DNA of 64,000 nucleotides from an uncultured virus (IMG/VR IMGVR_UViG_3300015607_002134) (lineage: Duplodnaviria; Heunggongvirae; Uroviricota; Caudoviricetes), in the IMG/VR virus record IMGVR_UViG_3300015607_002134, positions 1-64,000 of that record. One strand, written 5' to 3'. Positions 31,997 to 42,008 of the stretch are shown here, one piece after another (within the stretch, counting starts at the first letter, position 1; each line of letters opens with the position of its first letter). The notes below the pieces were generated by a model. It saw only the letters and a program-made list of their open reading frames with translations, was not told where the DNA came from and did no database searches. Position numbers and translations under genes: made by a program.

Positions 31997-33088
31997 GTTA
32001 TCTACAAATTTATATAACTTCTTAAGATACTCATTTTTCTTATAATTATCATTTGTCATTGCGTAAACAACAAAACAGAAGTATTTTAACTTCTCTATCA
32101 AAGTATTCTTATCAATCTCACCACCTACATATCTAAATTCAACATAGTTGTGTTCTAACTTTAATAGATTGAATCCGAAGTTCTTCATTCCCCAATCTTT
32201 TATTTTCCTTGTTAGGAACTCACTGAATATTAATTCGACTGAATTGACATCCTTCATATCTAATGACTTCTTTAGTTCTTCTTTTTCTTCGGGATTCATT
32301 TTATTTATTTCAGTCATAACTGATCCACAGAAATTATTATTATATCTCCAATCCATATTCTTAAATACGAATGGTAGACTATTATCAGATTTGAAGTCAT
32401 TTATCATTAATATACCCTTTATAGGATTCCAATCTACCTTTTCAGAATTAACACCAATGTTTATGTGTAGTCCAGTTCTTGATGAAAACTCCCAGTAGTT
32501 CTGCTTTGATAAGTCATCATAGAAGTCATTTATCATCTCTATACCTTTTGATATACCAACGACAAATGTTTTTGGTTTTATTTCTATTCCTCTTTCAAGA
32601 GTTGCATCTTCAACAAAGTCCATATAGTCTCCCCATTTCTTTGTGAAATTCGGAAGTTCTTGTTTGGCTTTCTCTATTAGGTATTCCAAGTCTTCTCCGG
32701 ATATATGACTAAGTAGTATTGACTTTGTGAATCCAGCTATTTCCATCTCTTCTATATTATCATATGCGCCCTCGTCAAATAAATGATAGAAGTCTTCATT
32801 TGAGACAATCCCATCATTAGTCATCTCAAGTAAACTGTCTATTAAGTCATCAACTAATTGTTTTGACTTTCTTTTTCTTAATCTAAGTTCAGTTTTAACT
32901 ATACTCTTAATGTCTTCTACGATGTCATCATCCTCTAATATGGTGAAGTCTAGGTGTATATTACTTTTATCCTGAGTCTCTATCTCAAATTCAAACGAGA
33001 TTGTAAAATAGTCATTTTTGGATTCTATTTCTGATATGTCTCTTGGATTTACTTCCTCGAATAGATTATACCTGGATATATGTCTCAT
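31991..33088 (-). CDS. Putative amidoligase (COOH-NH2 ligase family)
   Basis: ISFEFEIE, DATL, GIEI, TGLHINIG, YVEFRYVGG. Confidence 0.75.
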   Translation of the reverse strand: MRHISRYNLFEEVNPRDISEIESKNDYFTISFEFEIETQDKSNIHLDFTILEDDDIVEDIKSIVKTELRLRKRKSKQLVDDLIDSLLEMTNDGIVSNEDFYHLFDEGAYDNIEEMEIAGFTKSILLSHISGEDLEYLIEKAKQELPNFTKKWGDYMDFVEDATLERGIEIKPKTFVVGISKGIEMINDFYDDLSKQNYWEFSSRTGLHINIGVNSEKVDWNPIKGILMINDFKSDNSLPFVFKNMDWRYNNNFCGSVMTEINKMNPEEKEELKKSLDMKDVNSVELIFSEFLTRKIKDWGMKNFGFNLLKLEHNYVEFRYVGGEIDKNTLIEKLKYFCFVVYAMTNDNYKKNEYLKKLYKFVDNL

Positions 33089-33120
33089 TATCTATATATA
33101 AAAAATAATATATACCAATT

Positions 33121-33759
33121 ATGAGTCAATTTTCGAGTATAGAAAAAGGATGTGAGTGTTGTGGTAATAAACTTATTATTAAATCAAATAGGGATATAAC
33201 TAGAAAGAGATTTTGCTCTACATTTTGTAGAAACTCACAAACACAGAAAATAAAATGGGAAAATATATTATATCGAGAAAAAATGATATTATTGAACTCT
33301 ATCCCAAACCCAAAGAAAGGTAGACCAGGTATTAAAAGAGTTCAAGTGATTCAAAAGTGTATCAATTGTGATAATCACATTATCAAGACAAATGCTGAAA
33401 TAAGAACTGGTCATAAAAAATATTGTTCGAAACAATGTAAAATTGACTACTTCAGCAATGTTAAATATGTGAATTTGGATAAATTTAAAATTTATAGGAG
33501 AAAAGTAGATAGATTAACGAAGAAAATTAAGTCTATATTACTTGAGAAATGGAATGGATATGATTATTATGATGGTGAATATATCTTAGATAATTTTAAT
33601 TTAAAATATACACATGGTGATTATCCAACTGTTGATCATAAAGTTTCTGTGTATTATGGGTTTATAAATAATATACCACCGGAAGAAATATGCCAAATAG
33701 ATAATCTATGTTTTACTAAGAGGAGAATAAACTATAACAAATCCAAGTATGAAAATTAA
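33121..33759 (+). mobile_element. Zn-finger plus HNH-like endonuclease
   Basis: Two Cys fingers; PTVDHKVSV...NLCFTKRRIN. Confidence 0.7.
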
Positions 33760-34411
33760 TGAAGTCGCAAAAAGTCAACAACAAATGAAGTACATATATG
33801 CAATGAGACATAAATATGGTACTAAGAGAAAGGCTCCCAAAAATATGAAGTGGGTTTTTGACGAAGAGTGGACAAGTGGGGTTAAAATGAAAAAATTACC
33901 AAAAAAAGTGAAAAAGAAAAATGAATCACGTATAATGAATTTCAATTCATTTGTTAATGAATCGAGAGGTCATGATGAATTTACTATGTCTGATATGGAG
34001 TTTGTAAAAGACCTATATGATGAAGGAATGACAGACATTAAAGATATCGCAAGAGAATGTGAAGGTATACTATCCAATAGAAGTGTTGGAACGGATTGTG
34101 AAGACACAGTTAAGGATATATTATTTGCATTAAAAAGATCAGGTGAGATAAATGAATCTGAACATTTTGATGAACATGATGATGAGCATTCTGGGTGTGG
34201 ATGTCATATCTGTAATTGTGTAGGTGGGTGTAATTGTGGATGTTGTTGTTCTGATAATACTGAAAAGGAAGAAAAAGATGAACCTTGGTATGACCCAGAA
34301 GATTGTGAAGATTGTAGATCAAGTATGGAAGAAAGTGATATTGAATATACACCGGATTTCACTTGGAAAGACGGATGTTGGCATTGTGACCACTGTAATA
34401 GACCATTATAA
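33749..34411 (+). CDS. Hypothetical protein with His/Cys-rich cluster and Zn ribbon
   Basis: RIMNFNSFVNES internal motif; GCGCHICNCVGGCNCGCCC; CEDC and CDHC. Confidence 0.6.
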   Translation: MKINEVAKSQQQMKYIYAMRHKYGTKRKAPKNMKWVFDEEWTSGVKMKKLPKKVKKKNESRIMNFNSFVNESRGHDEFTMSDMEFVKDLYDEGMTDIKDIARECEGILSNRSVGTDCEDTVKDILFALKRSGEINESEHFDEHDDEHSGCGCHICNCVGGCNCGCCCSDNTEKEEKDEPWYDPEDCEDCRSSMEESDIEYTPDFTWKDGCWHCDHCNRPL

Positions 34412-34426
34412 TAAAAAAGAGTCAGA

Positions 34427-34906
34427 TTATTCTGACTCTTTTTCTTTTAGTATATTACTAATCAATTCATCTCTGTGTTCTTCCGTGTAGTCGAGAAATG
34501 TACCAAGAGAATCCTCCATGACATTTGCAGACCTTCTCTCTCCCTCTTTCTCATTTCTGTATTCTAACTTCCACTCTGAAATAGGGTTCATTTTGATTAC
34601 CCATAGGTATTTTGGATCACCGAGATCTTCTACTTTTGTTCCTTCTTTTAGAATGAATGAGTTTTCATATAGTGACTCATCTGGTGTGAAATATCCTAGT
34701 TTAGCATTATTGTATTTTTCGTAAACCGCCTCAAACATATCCTCGTATATATTATATGGAAAGATTGATTGAAGCCAATCTTTTAGTTCACTCATTCGGT
34801 CATTTGAGTATATCTTAGTATTTCTAGGATTTTCTGATTTAGACCAAAATGTATCACATTTGAAGTATTTAACCCCTTTTATTTCTACAAATAATACCGC
34901 TCTCAT
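34427..34906 (-). CDS. Hypothetical protein with C-terminal RDELISNIL motif
   Basis: Coupled to the upstream ORF; last gene of the minus-strand operon. Confidence 0.6.
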   Translation of the reverse strand: MRAVLFVEIKGVKYFKCDTFWSKSENPRNTKIYSNDRMSELKDWLQSIFPYNIYEDMFEAVYEKYNNAKLGYFTPDESLYENSFILKEGTKVEDLGDPKYLWVIKMNPISEWKLEYRNEKEGERRSANVMEDSLGTFLDYTEEHRDELISNILKEKESE

Positions 34907-35304
34907 TATTTCAACTCATTTAATTTATTAGTTACAATGTTCTTTATTTCCGTTTTATCTGTTTTTCCGGAAATAGCCTCACTAATTTTATTAAATTTTT
35001 CTCTCATTGTTTTGAAGTTCTTAATAGATTTCAGCTTATTTGAGTTAGTCGCTGGGTAATTCAATGATGTGTAGCTAGGTATTAAAAACAATTGGTGTTT
35101 GATAACACATTTTGTATTATTACCATAGTACGAAATCATATCATTAACATTGGTCACTGATACTTTGTCTCCATTGATTACGATGTAGTTATCACCTTCT
35201 ACTAATACTTTGTAGAATTCTTCCTTAGTTGTTTGGAATAAGTGATTTGATGTTTTTGTTAAGTAGTTAATTACTTCTGATTTGATTTGTTCTGTTGTTT
35301 TCAT
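34906..35304 (-). CDS. Hypothetical protein
   Basis: ORF in the minus-strand operon. Confidence 0.55.
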   Translation of the reverse strand: MKTTEQIKSEVINYLTKTSNHLFQTTKEEFYKVLVEGDNYIVINGDKVSVTNVNDMISYYGNNTKCVIKHQLFLIPSYTSLNYPATNSNKLKSIKNFKTMREKFNKISEAISGKTDKTEIKNIVTNKLNELK

Positions 35305-35314
35305 AATTGTAAGT

Positions 35315-35899
35315 TTATTTTTTGGTTGTTAATTTAATTATTTGTTTACCTCTTTGATTGATATTTTTCCATTTGATCTTGAAAGAGGTTGAATCAAGAC
35401 CACCGAACATTTTGGCATTTGAGTGTATCTCCGCTAATCCGACTAATAATAATGTTAAGTGATGTGGATTTTGGCAAAATTCTTCCACTCCTTCTGATTT
35501 TAACAGATGGATATCCATGTCATGTTTAATTAATTCGGATGCTATTTTATCATCGAAAATCTCACTGAATACTTTGTGTGATACTTCAGCATGACTTGGG
35601 AAATGTTTTTTTCCATCCTTATCCACCTCTACACAATATGGTTTCCCACAATCGTGTAATACTGTGTAATATTTGATAGTTTTATCAGATGGTAGATTGT
35701 TAATGAATAAATCTTTATTTTCATATAACCAATCTGGTAATTTCCAGTCGTATTTTAATGGTGTGTTATACTTTAAGTGATTTATTAAATCAAAAGTATA
35801 GTTTTTAACGGATATACCGTGCTCTAATACAGACTGACCTTGAGTCTGTTCACATGATTTCATGTCTTTAATTAGATTCTTGAATTTAATCTACTTCAT
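35315..35899 (-). CDS. HD-domain phosphohydrolase with in-frame TAG at codon 3
   Basis: VLEHG, LHDCGKP, HF..HAEVS; ATG AAG TAG ATT at 35899-35888, in frame, starting 1 nt after the upstream stop. Confidence 0.75.
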
Positions 35900-35900
35900 A

Positions 35901-36539
35901 TTATTTTATTTTTTCTTTAACTACTTTTAATAAATGTGGATATAACCACTTTTCGTCTTTTAATTCAACTTCATCTACTAATCCACCATCAATCATTTTT
36001 TTCAGTTTTCCTCTATCTATCTGAGATGTTGGATCAATTGAGTTGCTTTTCTTAATGATGTTTCCATTTTCTAATTGAATAAAAACTGTATTTTTTGGAA
36101 AAGTGACTGAATTATTTTGGTAATTATACCATTCATATTCTTCTTTTAATTTCCAAGCTTTCAATTCATATTTTTTTGGCTCTTCTTTTTCACTAAAAAT
36201 TCTTTCTATTTTACACTGTCTTTCATATTCTTTATCCAATCTATACAGTGGTATTATTCTGTATTCCCAATTTTGGGATTTATACATTTTGAGATATGCG
36301 CCCATTGCTGAATCTTTACTATTGTAGATTCTGTGGTTCCAGTGATTGTACCACTCTGTCCAATTTCCATTGTAGTTTGTTCTTGATTCAATAGCCCATC
36401 CATATGGTTTTATATCTGCTGATGTATGTTGTATCTTTACATCTAATGAATCATCGATGATATACTCTTTACTATCAACAGTTACGATATTTGGTTTGTT
36501 GAATATTTTTTTGATTTTATTTGCTATTTTCATTTCCAA
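35901..36539 (-). CDS. Hypothetical protein
   Basis: Overlaps the PTH2-like gene end; internal RQCKIERIF motif. Confidence 0.6.
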   Translation of the reverse strand: MEMKIANKIKKIFNKPNIVTVDSKEYIIDDSLDVKIQHTSADIKPYGWAIESRTNYNGNWTEWYNHWNHRIYNSKDSAMGAYLKMYKSQNWEYRIIPLYRLDKEYERQCKIERIFSEKEEPKKYELKAWKLKEEYEWYNYQNNSVTFPKNTVFIQLENGNIIKKSNSIDPTSQIDRGKLKKMIDGGLVDEVELKDEKWLYPHLLKVVKEKIK

Positions 36540-36885
36540 TCTCCTTATTTTTTAATAAAAGTGGTAAGCTTCTTAATTTTTTTCTAATTTCTGGTGTTCC
36601 GTAGAGGCAAAGAGATGTCATCTCATCTACGTCAGGTTCATAGAAGATTACACTTGGTGTTAATTCTTTAAATTTTTCGTAAAGTTTTTTTAACTCAAAC
36701 TCGTTTTTGACACCTAAGCAGATGATAGAGTTTGATTCCAGTTTCCATTTAGCAAATGTTTCTGGGAATTCAAATGCGAAGTCGGCGATTGAATGTGTTG
36801 ATTGTACCGCTTGGTACCCTGGTGATATATCCTCTCTTGTGATAATCACTAGTTTTGTTTCCTCGTTGTTAATCTAGTTTTTCAT
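36517..36885 (-). CDS. PTH2-like peptidyl-tRNA hydrolase with in-frame TAG at codon 4
   Basis: KLVIITREDISPGYQAVQSTHS, W, IICLGV, FYEPD...TSLCL, LRSLPLL; ATG AAA AAC TAG ATT at 36885-36871. Confidence 0.75.
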
Positions 36886-36913
36886 ATTGTTTGTTTTTTT
36901 GTTTAAAATAAAA

Positions 36914-37009
36914 AATCTCCTTATCTGTGACCTGTCAATACTTGACAATTAACTCATTAAACTTAATGCATCGAGGCAAATAAGTTGAGTAGTCCCAGTT
37001 AAGGAGATT
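36914..37009 (-). ncRNA. Structured cis-regulatory leader RNA (three-way junction then U-tract)
   Basis: AATCTCCTTA/TAAGGAGATT, CTG/CAG and GACT/GGTC outer stem; ACTCA/TGAGT and ACTTA/TAAGT arm; TGTCAA/TTGACA arm; then TTTTATTTT. Confidence 0.6.
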
Positions 37010-37045
37010 CCGAATTTTATATGTGTTAATCTACATCATTTTCAT
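36935..37045 (-). CDS. Leader peptide MKMM-amber with in-frame continuation to TGA
   Basis: ATG AAA ATG ATG TAG ATT AAC, then open to TGA at 36937-36935. Confidence 0.55.
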
Positions 37046-37048
37046 TTT

Positions 37049-37089
37049 ATTATAGTACAAATATATATTAAAAGTTTTATACCTCCAAA
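37049..37089 (-). promoter_or_regulatory. Stacked promoter motifs for the amber operon
   Basis: TTTG-N20-TATATTTG (37089-37058), TAATATATA (37070-37062) and AAACTT-N17-TATAAT (37077-37049). Confidence 0.6.
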
Positions 37090-37100
37090 TTTTTTCAAAA

Positions 37101-37478
37101 TTATTTTATGATAGCATAAACTTCATAGTCTGTTATTTGGAATTTTATTTCCATCATCTCTTGATAATTTTCTGGATCAGAAAAAAATTCAACAGTTAGC
37201 TCAAAACTTGTATTTGTTAATTCGGGTATGTACTCATATATCTGTTCTAGTAAATTTCTCTCTACTGCTTCTGCTGAAACTCTTGTTTGATGTAATAGTT
37301 TGGGTAAATCGCCACCAAAGTTCGGTTCACCCAATACTTCACCTTTATTTGTGAATATTATCATCTCATACTTCTGTACAATTACCCTAACTAAATCATC
37401 TTCAATTAACTTCTTATCGGTGAATCTTGGATGACCTTTATATCCTATGTAAAAATCTATGAAATTAAAATTTGCCAT
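37101..37478 (-). CDS. Baseplate wedge subunit (gp25/GpW-like)
   Basis: IIFTNKGEVLGEPNFGGDLPKLL, IYEYIP. Confidence 0.8.
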   Translation of the reverse strand: MANFNFIDFYIGYKGHPRFTDKKLIEDDLVRVIVQKYEMIIFTNKGEVLGEPNFGGDLPKLLHQTRVSAEAVERNLLEQIYEYIPELTNTSFELTVEFFSDPENYQEMMEIKFQITDYEVYAIIK

Positions 37479-37508
37479 AAATTATATATTAATTTAATAT
37501 ATACTTGT

Positions 37509-38105
37509 ATGAAATACATCCGAAAATATAATGAATCTGAGAGTGCATATGGTGCCAAAGAGAAGATTGAGAAGTGGAGAAATGATATAATAAAGAAGTT
37601 GGTATATTATCATAATAACTTTAGTGATAATTTATCAAAGGAAATAGAACAATTCACTTGGGAATATGAAGACACAAATACTTATACTGAAGTTGATGGT
37701 GTGATTGATGCGGAATGTGTTTCTATGTTAATTGATAATGTTCTTCAAGACTGGGTTAGAAACCAGGATAAGTTTTTGGAGTTATATTATGATATTCATC
37801 AAACTTTGAAGAACAGGGGAGAAGACTTAACTGAACAATTGAAAGAGATATTTGCTGATTATTTAGATGATGACTCTTTAAGAGTTCGTATTTATAGAAC
37901 TGCTGATAGCTCAGACGATAGATATGAAATTAGTATAAGTGGTGAAGATAATATGTTCAATAAGATTTCATTCAATGAAATTGTGAATAGAACAAAAGAT
38001 ATTGGGTTATCTAAGTTTAGATATTCTGGAGATGACAGTAGTATTTCTTTCTCTTTTTGGAAAGAAGTGGATGATAACTACGATGATGTTGAAATTGATG
38101 ATTAA
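37509..38105 (+). CDS. Acidic hypothetical protein (start moved to 37509)
   Basis: MKYIRKYNESE directly after the late motif at 37495-37503. Confidence 0.6.
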   Translation: MKYIRKYNESESAYGAKEKIEKWRNDIIKKLVYYHNNFSDNLSKEIEQFTWEYEDTNTYTEVDGVIDAECVSMLIDNVLQDWVRNQDKFLELYYDIHQTLKNRGEDLTEQLKEIFADYLDDDSLRVRIYRTADSSDDRYEISISGEDNMFNKISFNEIVNRTKDIGLSKFRYSGDDSSISFSFWKEVDDNYDDVEIDD

Positions 38106-39067
38106 ATCAATATATCCCTAAGTTTACCAATTATTGTCATTCCCAATACTATTGGGTCTGTATTTGTTTCCAATTTAGAGGTGTAGTCAGCAATAACATA
38201 ATTACATTCAAATAACTTGTCTATATTTTTACCTTCTGATATAGACCAATCTATAAATGGCTTACCTAATATAGAGACCATTGAATCTATCTTCTCGGCT
38301 CCAAAATTACTCATTAGGAAGTGGTATGTTTTTTCATAGTCAACATCTTTATCATATAATAGACTATATAATTCCAATTTAAGTTTATTGGATACATTAG
38401 AAGATGATTGTATAAGTCCACCAGTGTTCATGAAATTCTGGATACTTACCATTATTCCTCTGAAGTCGGGAAACTTTTTATTTATAATCGATACCAAGTC
38501 TTCTTTAGATATTGTTACTTCTTCTTTAGGTAGAATTGTATTTTGTATTCTTTTATACATCTCTGTCTTCAAGAATTTTTCTTCTTCAACATCTTGACAA
38601 TCAAAGTTAACTTCTATGAATCTTGATCTAATTCCTGGTGTTATCTTATTTAAGTGATTGGTTGTTAATATGAACCTAACATTCTTGTGATACTTTTCAA
38701 TAAATGCTTTGAACGCATCTTGAAATTGTGTAGATACTCTCTCGAACTCATCTAAAAATACATATTTAATATCCGAATCTGAATCCATCATCGGAGTCAC
38801 TTTACAGAAATTTTCTATCTCTGATCTTAAGACATCAATAGATGTAAACAATGAACTATTCAATTCTAAAAATGCTTTGTCCTTTGTGTACTTACCGATT
38901 AATACTCTCGCAAGAGTCGTTTTTCCTGTTCCATAGTGACCATGAAATATGTAGTTACTATTTACACCTTTTTCAAATTGTTTTTTTATTCTAGGTAATA
39001 GGATTGTATCGTCTATTGATTTTGGACGCCATTTTTCCCATAAAAGAAGTTCGTTTGTATTTGACAT
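38102..39067 (-). CDS. Clamp loader AAA+ subunit (T4 gp44/RFC-like)
   Basis: LWEKWRPK, GHYGTGKTT, FLDEFE, IRSRF, FPDFR. Confidence 0.92.
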   Translation of the reverse strand: MSNTNELLLWEKWRPKSIDDTILLPRIKKQFEKGVNSNYIFHGHYGTGKTTLARVLIGKYTKDKAFLELNSSLFTSIDVLRSEIENFCKVTPMMDSDSDIKYVFLDEFERVSTQFQDAFKAFIEKYHKNVRFILTTNHLNKITPGIRSRFIEVNFDCQDVEEEKFLKTEMYKRIQNTILPKEEVTISKEDLVSIINKKFPDFRGIMVSIQNFMNTGGLIQSSSNVSNKLKLELYSLLYDKDVDYEKTYHFLMSNFGAEKIDSMVSILGKPFIDWSISEGKNIDKLFECNYVIADYTSKLETNTDPIVLGMTIIGKLRDILI

Positions 39068-39117
39068 AGTTAATATATTGTTGATCGGAGGGAAAGTTTA
39101 ATTTTTATATATACAGT

Positions 39118-39987
39118 ATGATTGGTGAAAGGTTTAATTTTGAAGACGTATTTTTCCGTGATTTGACAGTGTGTGTATTGGATACACTTGAAGGTCAAGT
39201 TAAATGGTTAAATAGGTTTGCGGCGGGAGATAACTATGTTAATGTCCCATTTTACTACTCTTTAACTGGAGATGAGAGGTTTCTATTAGATTCTTTTCAA
39301 GATGATGTTGTTTCACAAAACAGATTTGTTGAGTTAAACACAGATATTGTCCCAAGAGGTCACTTAACTATGACCGGATTTAATATAAAGTCAGATGAAT
39401 TTGCTAATCCAAATGTTTGGCTTAGAATGGTTATTGAAAATGAAGTTGAAATAAGAAAGGTTTTGGCAAAAGTTAGAGCTATTCCTATTTCAGTTAATTT
39501 CGACTTAGCTATTATGGTAAATAGTGAAATCGATGTTTTTAAGTGTAGTCAGGCTATAATGGATACGTTGTGGCTTTATAGATATATGTATTTTGAACAT
39601 AACTTCATGAACATAGATGCTATAATGATAATGCCAGATACAGAGCAAATTGAGATAACAAGGGAGAAGAATATGTCGAGTGATAATGCTATAAAGTTAT
39701 CATTATCATTTGAAGTTCATACATATTATCCAGCTTTGAGAAAAGACAGAATGGGATCAAATGGAACTGGACCAGCGACTGGGCCTGGTGGAACAGGTGG
39801 ACCAGGAGACTACTTAAATACACAGTCTGGTGTAACTCCTTCTGACCAGCAGGGTTCTTACTTGAATCCTTCGTATGCTATAGTTCCTAAAAGAACAAGA
39901 TGGTTCAACAATATATTGAAATCTAGAGAGAGTTCTACCGCTAGACCAAGTAACCCAAATTCAGAAAATGACAATACTAATCAGTAA
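39118..39987 (+). CDS. Tail terminator/sheath stabiliser (T4 gp15-like)
   Basis: VNVPFYY...ERFL, PRG, IPISVNFDLAI pattern. Confidence 0.6.
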   Translation: MIGERFNFEDVFFRDLTVCVLDTLEGQVKWLNRFAAGDNYVNVPFYYSLTGDERFLLDSFQDDVVSQNRFVELNTDIVPRGHLTMTGFNIKSDEFANPNVWLRMVIENEVEIRKVLAKVRAIPISVNFDLAIMVNSEIDVFKCSQAIMDTLWLYRYMYFEHNFMNIDAIMIMPDTEQIEITREKNMSSDNAIKLSLSFEVHTYYPALRKDRMGSNGTGPATGPGGTGGPGDYLNTQSGVTPSDQQGSYLNPSYAIVPKRTRWFNNILKSRESSTARPSNPNSENDNTNQ

Positions 39988-40056
39988 AAGAAAAATGGTA
40001 AAAATTGACATTTTGGAACTAATATATAGTTTATATAAAAAATAACATTTTAAAGT

Positions 40057-41340
40057 ATGAAGAATCTTAAACTAGAGCTGTTTAACTTCAAAAAGAACCT
40101 TTCTCTTGATCAAGAAGAAGTTTCAAGAATAGTTGAGGCACATTTAAATTCATGTAATGACTTATCGGAAAAGACTATTGTGCTTTCGCTAAACGAAAGA
40201 CTTAAGCCATATACATATGATAAGGATGTTAAATCTTTGCTAGAAGGTTTAAATGATGATATGAAAAATTACGAACTTGTTTATGAATTAAAGAACCTAT
40301 ACAGCGTTCTTAGCTCAAAAAACCAGGGAGAACTTTACAGACAACCTATCAATGTTTTGTTACAAACAATTAATCTTGAGTCAGATCAAGATAGAATGTC
40401 TAAGATTCTTAATGAATTGGCAGTATATGACTGGGTTCCAGAAATAAAATTATTTGTTCATAACTTAACAAAATCTCCTGAACAAAGATCAAACCTTTTA
40501 AGTGGTGGTAAAGGAGAGTCAATCTTCACTATTGTTGAACAAGTTGAAGATGGTCACATAGCTCTTGTAAAAGATTCTTGGTTCATTTTAAATGAAAATA
40601 CAATTGAGAAGACATTACTTGAGACTCATGTTAAGGATGAAGAAACTCTTAGAACTTTAAGAATGTTAGAAACAGCTATGAAGTATGCTTATGTTACTGA
40701 AGATAGAGTTAATTTCAGAATTTCTGAATATTTAACCATCGGTCTTGCAGTTAATGAGAAAGGTGGTATCTTCATTAATGATGATGAAATGAACGAAGAG
40801 ACAACTCTTGAAAGTTTATTCTCATCTCCAATTGTTCCTATCGTGAACAAAAACTTCTACCCATTATTAGTTGAAGTTTCTAAAAATTTATCTAACTTCG
40901 TTGAATTAGACGTTGTTAAGAGAATTTCTAACTTAATTAACCCATACTTAGAAGTATTTGCATTTAATTATAAAAACAGTACATACTTATACAGATGTGA
41001 TGAGAGATATGGTAACTCATTCTTCAAATATGAGTCAGCTCTTGAATTAGTTAACGAAGTAAGAAACGAGTTAAACTATGATTTAACATATTTCTATGAG
41101 AATAGATTAGATAAAGAAGTAGTTGCTAAGAAAAAACTTGAAGACAAAGAAAGAGAAATTTCTCTTAAATTAGAAGATGTGAACTTTAACATTTCAAAAG
41201 TTAAAGGTTCTATTCAAATGATTGGAGAATCTCAAGTATTATCACAAGCATTAGGTAATCTTGAAAAGAGAAAAAATTCTTTAGAGACTGAACTACAAGC
41301 TGTGAAAGAATTACAATATAAAGAAAGAATTAAACTTTAA
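40057..41340 (+). CDS. Probable virion/core protein of unknown function
   Basis: Late motif at 40020-40028; C-terminal coiled coil; terminator 41366-41391. Confidence 0.55.
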   Translation: MKNLKLELFNFKKNLSLDQEEVSRIVEAHLNSCNDLSEKTIVLSLNERLKPYTYDKDVKSLLEGLNDDMKNYELVYELKNLYSVLSSKNQGELYRQPINVLLQTINLESDQDRMSKILNELAVYDWVPEIKLFVHNLTKSPEQRSNLLSGGKGESIFTIVEQVEDGHIALVKDSWFILNENTIEKTLLETHVKDEETLRTLRMLETAMKYAYVTEDRVNFRISEYLTIGLAVNEKGGIFINDDEMNEETTLESLFSSPIVPIVNKNFYPLLVEVSKNLSNFVELDVVKRISNLINPYLEVFAFNYKNSTYLYRCDERYGNSFFKYESALELVNEVRNELNYDLTYFYENRLDKEVVAKKKLEDKEREISLKLEDVNFNISKVKGSIQMIGESQVLSQALGNLEKRKNSLETELQAVKELQYKERIKL

Positions 41341-41467
41341 TTTATTATTTTAATATCATGAAATTAAACCCTGATTTTTTAATCGGGGTTTAATCTTTTT
41401 AAAAAATACTAATATAATGATTAAAGCATTCCACATAGGGGAACCCTAAAAAAATAAATGCTTAATA

Positions 41468-41833
41468 ATGTATCTTAATAATAAAGATTTGTATGTTGAA
41501 ATAATAGTATCAAAGGCACAAGGAAAACTTACCAGAAACGCTGAGAAAATGTTAGAGTTGTTGGCTAAAAAAACAATTAAAAAGATGAGATATTGGTCTA
41601 ACGATGATAAACTTGATTGTTATCAAAGTGGACTCTTAGATATGTTTCAAAACTGGTATAACTTTAATGAAGAAAAATCTGTAAATGCTTTCGCATACTT
41701 CACAGAAGTCTTTAAGAGAGGTATCGCTAAAGGATATAACGAACTCTATAAGAAGAAAGGTGACAACGAACATCTAATAAAACTAATTTCAATAGAAGGT
41801 TCAAATGAAGGTCAAGGATTACACTCACTCTAG
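41468..41833 (+). CDS. Late-transcription sigma factor (T4 gp55-like), compact
   Basis: YLNNKDL start and NFNEEKSVNAFAYFTEV motif. Confidence 0.8.
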   Translation: MYLNNKDLYVEIIVSKAQGKLTRNAEKMLELLAKKTIKKMRYWSNDDKLDCYQSGLLDMFQNWYNFNEEKSVNAFAYFTEVFKRGIAKGYNELYKKKGDNEHLIKLISIEGSNEGQGLHSL

Positions 41834-41837
41834 TGTT

Positions 41838-41996
41838 ATGGTCACTGACCTATTTACTTATGATATGGTTACTGATCCGGGATTTTCCGACTCTAAATTA
41901 GAGATGCCTTATGAACTTTGGATTAAACTTAGAAATAATGAGAGAAAGAGATTAATTTCAAATATTTTAGACAAAATAAAAAAACCACTCGATTGA
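41838..41996 (+). CDS. Small hypothetical protein with RKRLISNIL motif
   Basis: ATG 41838 just after the sigma stop; terminator near 41978-42004. Confidence 0.45.
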   Translation: MVTDLFTYDMVTDPGFSDSKLEMPYELWIKLRNNERKRLISNILDKIKKPLD

Positions 41997-42008
41997 GTGG
42001 TTTTCTTT

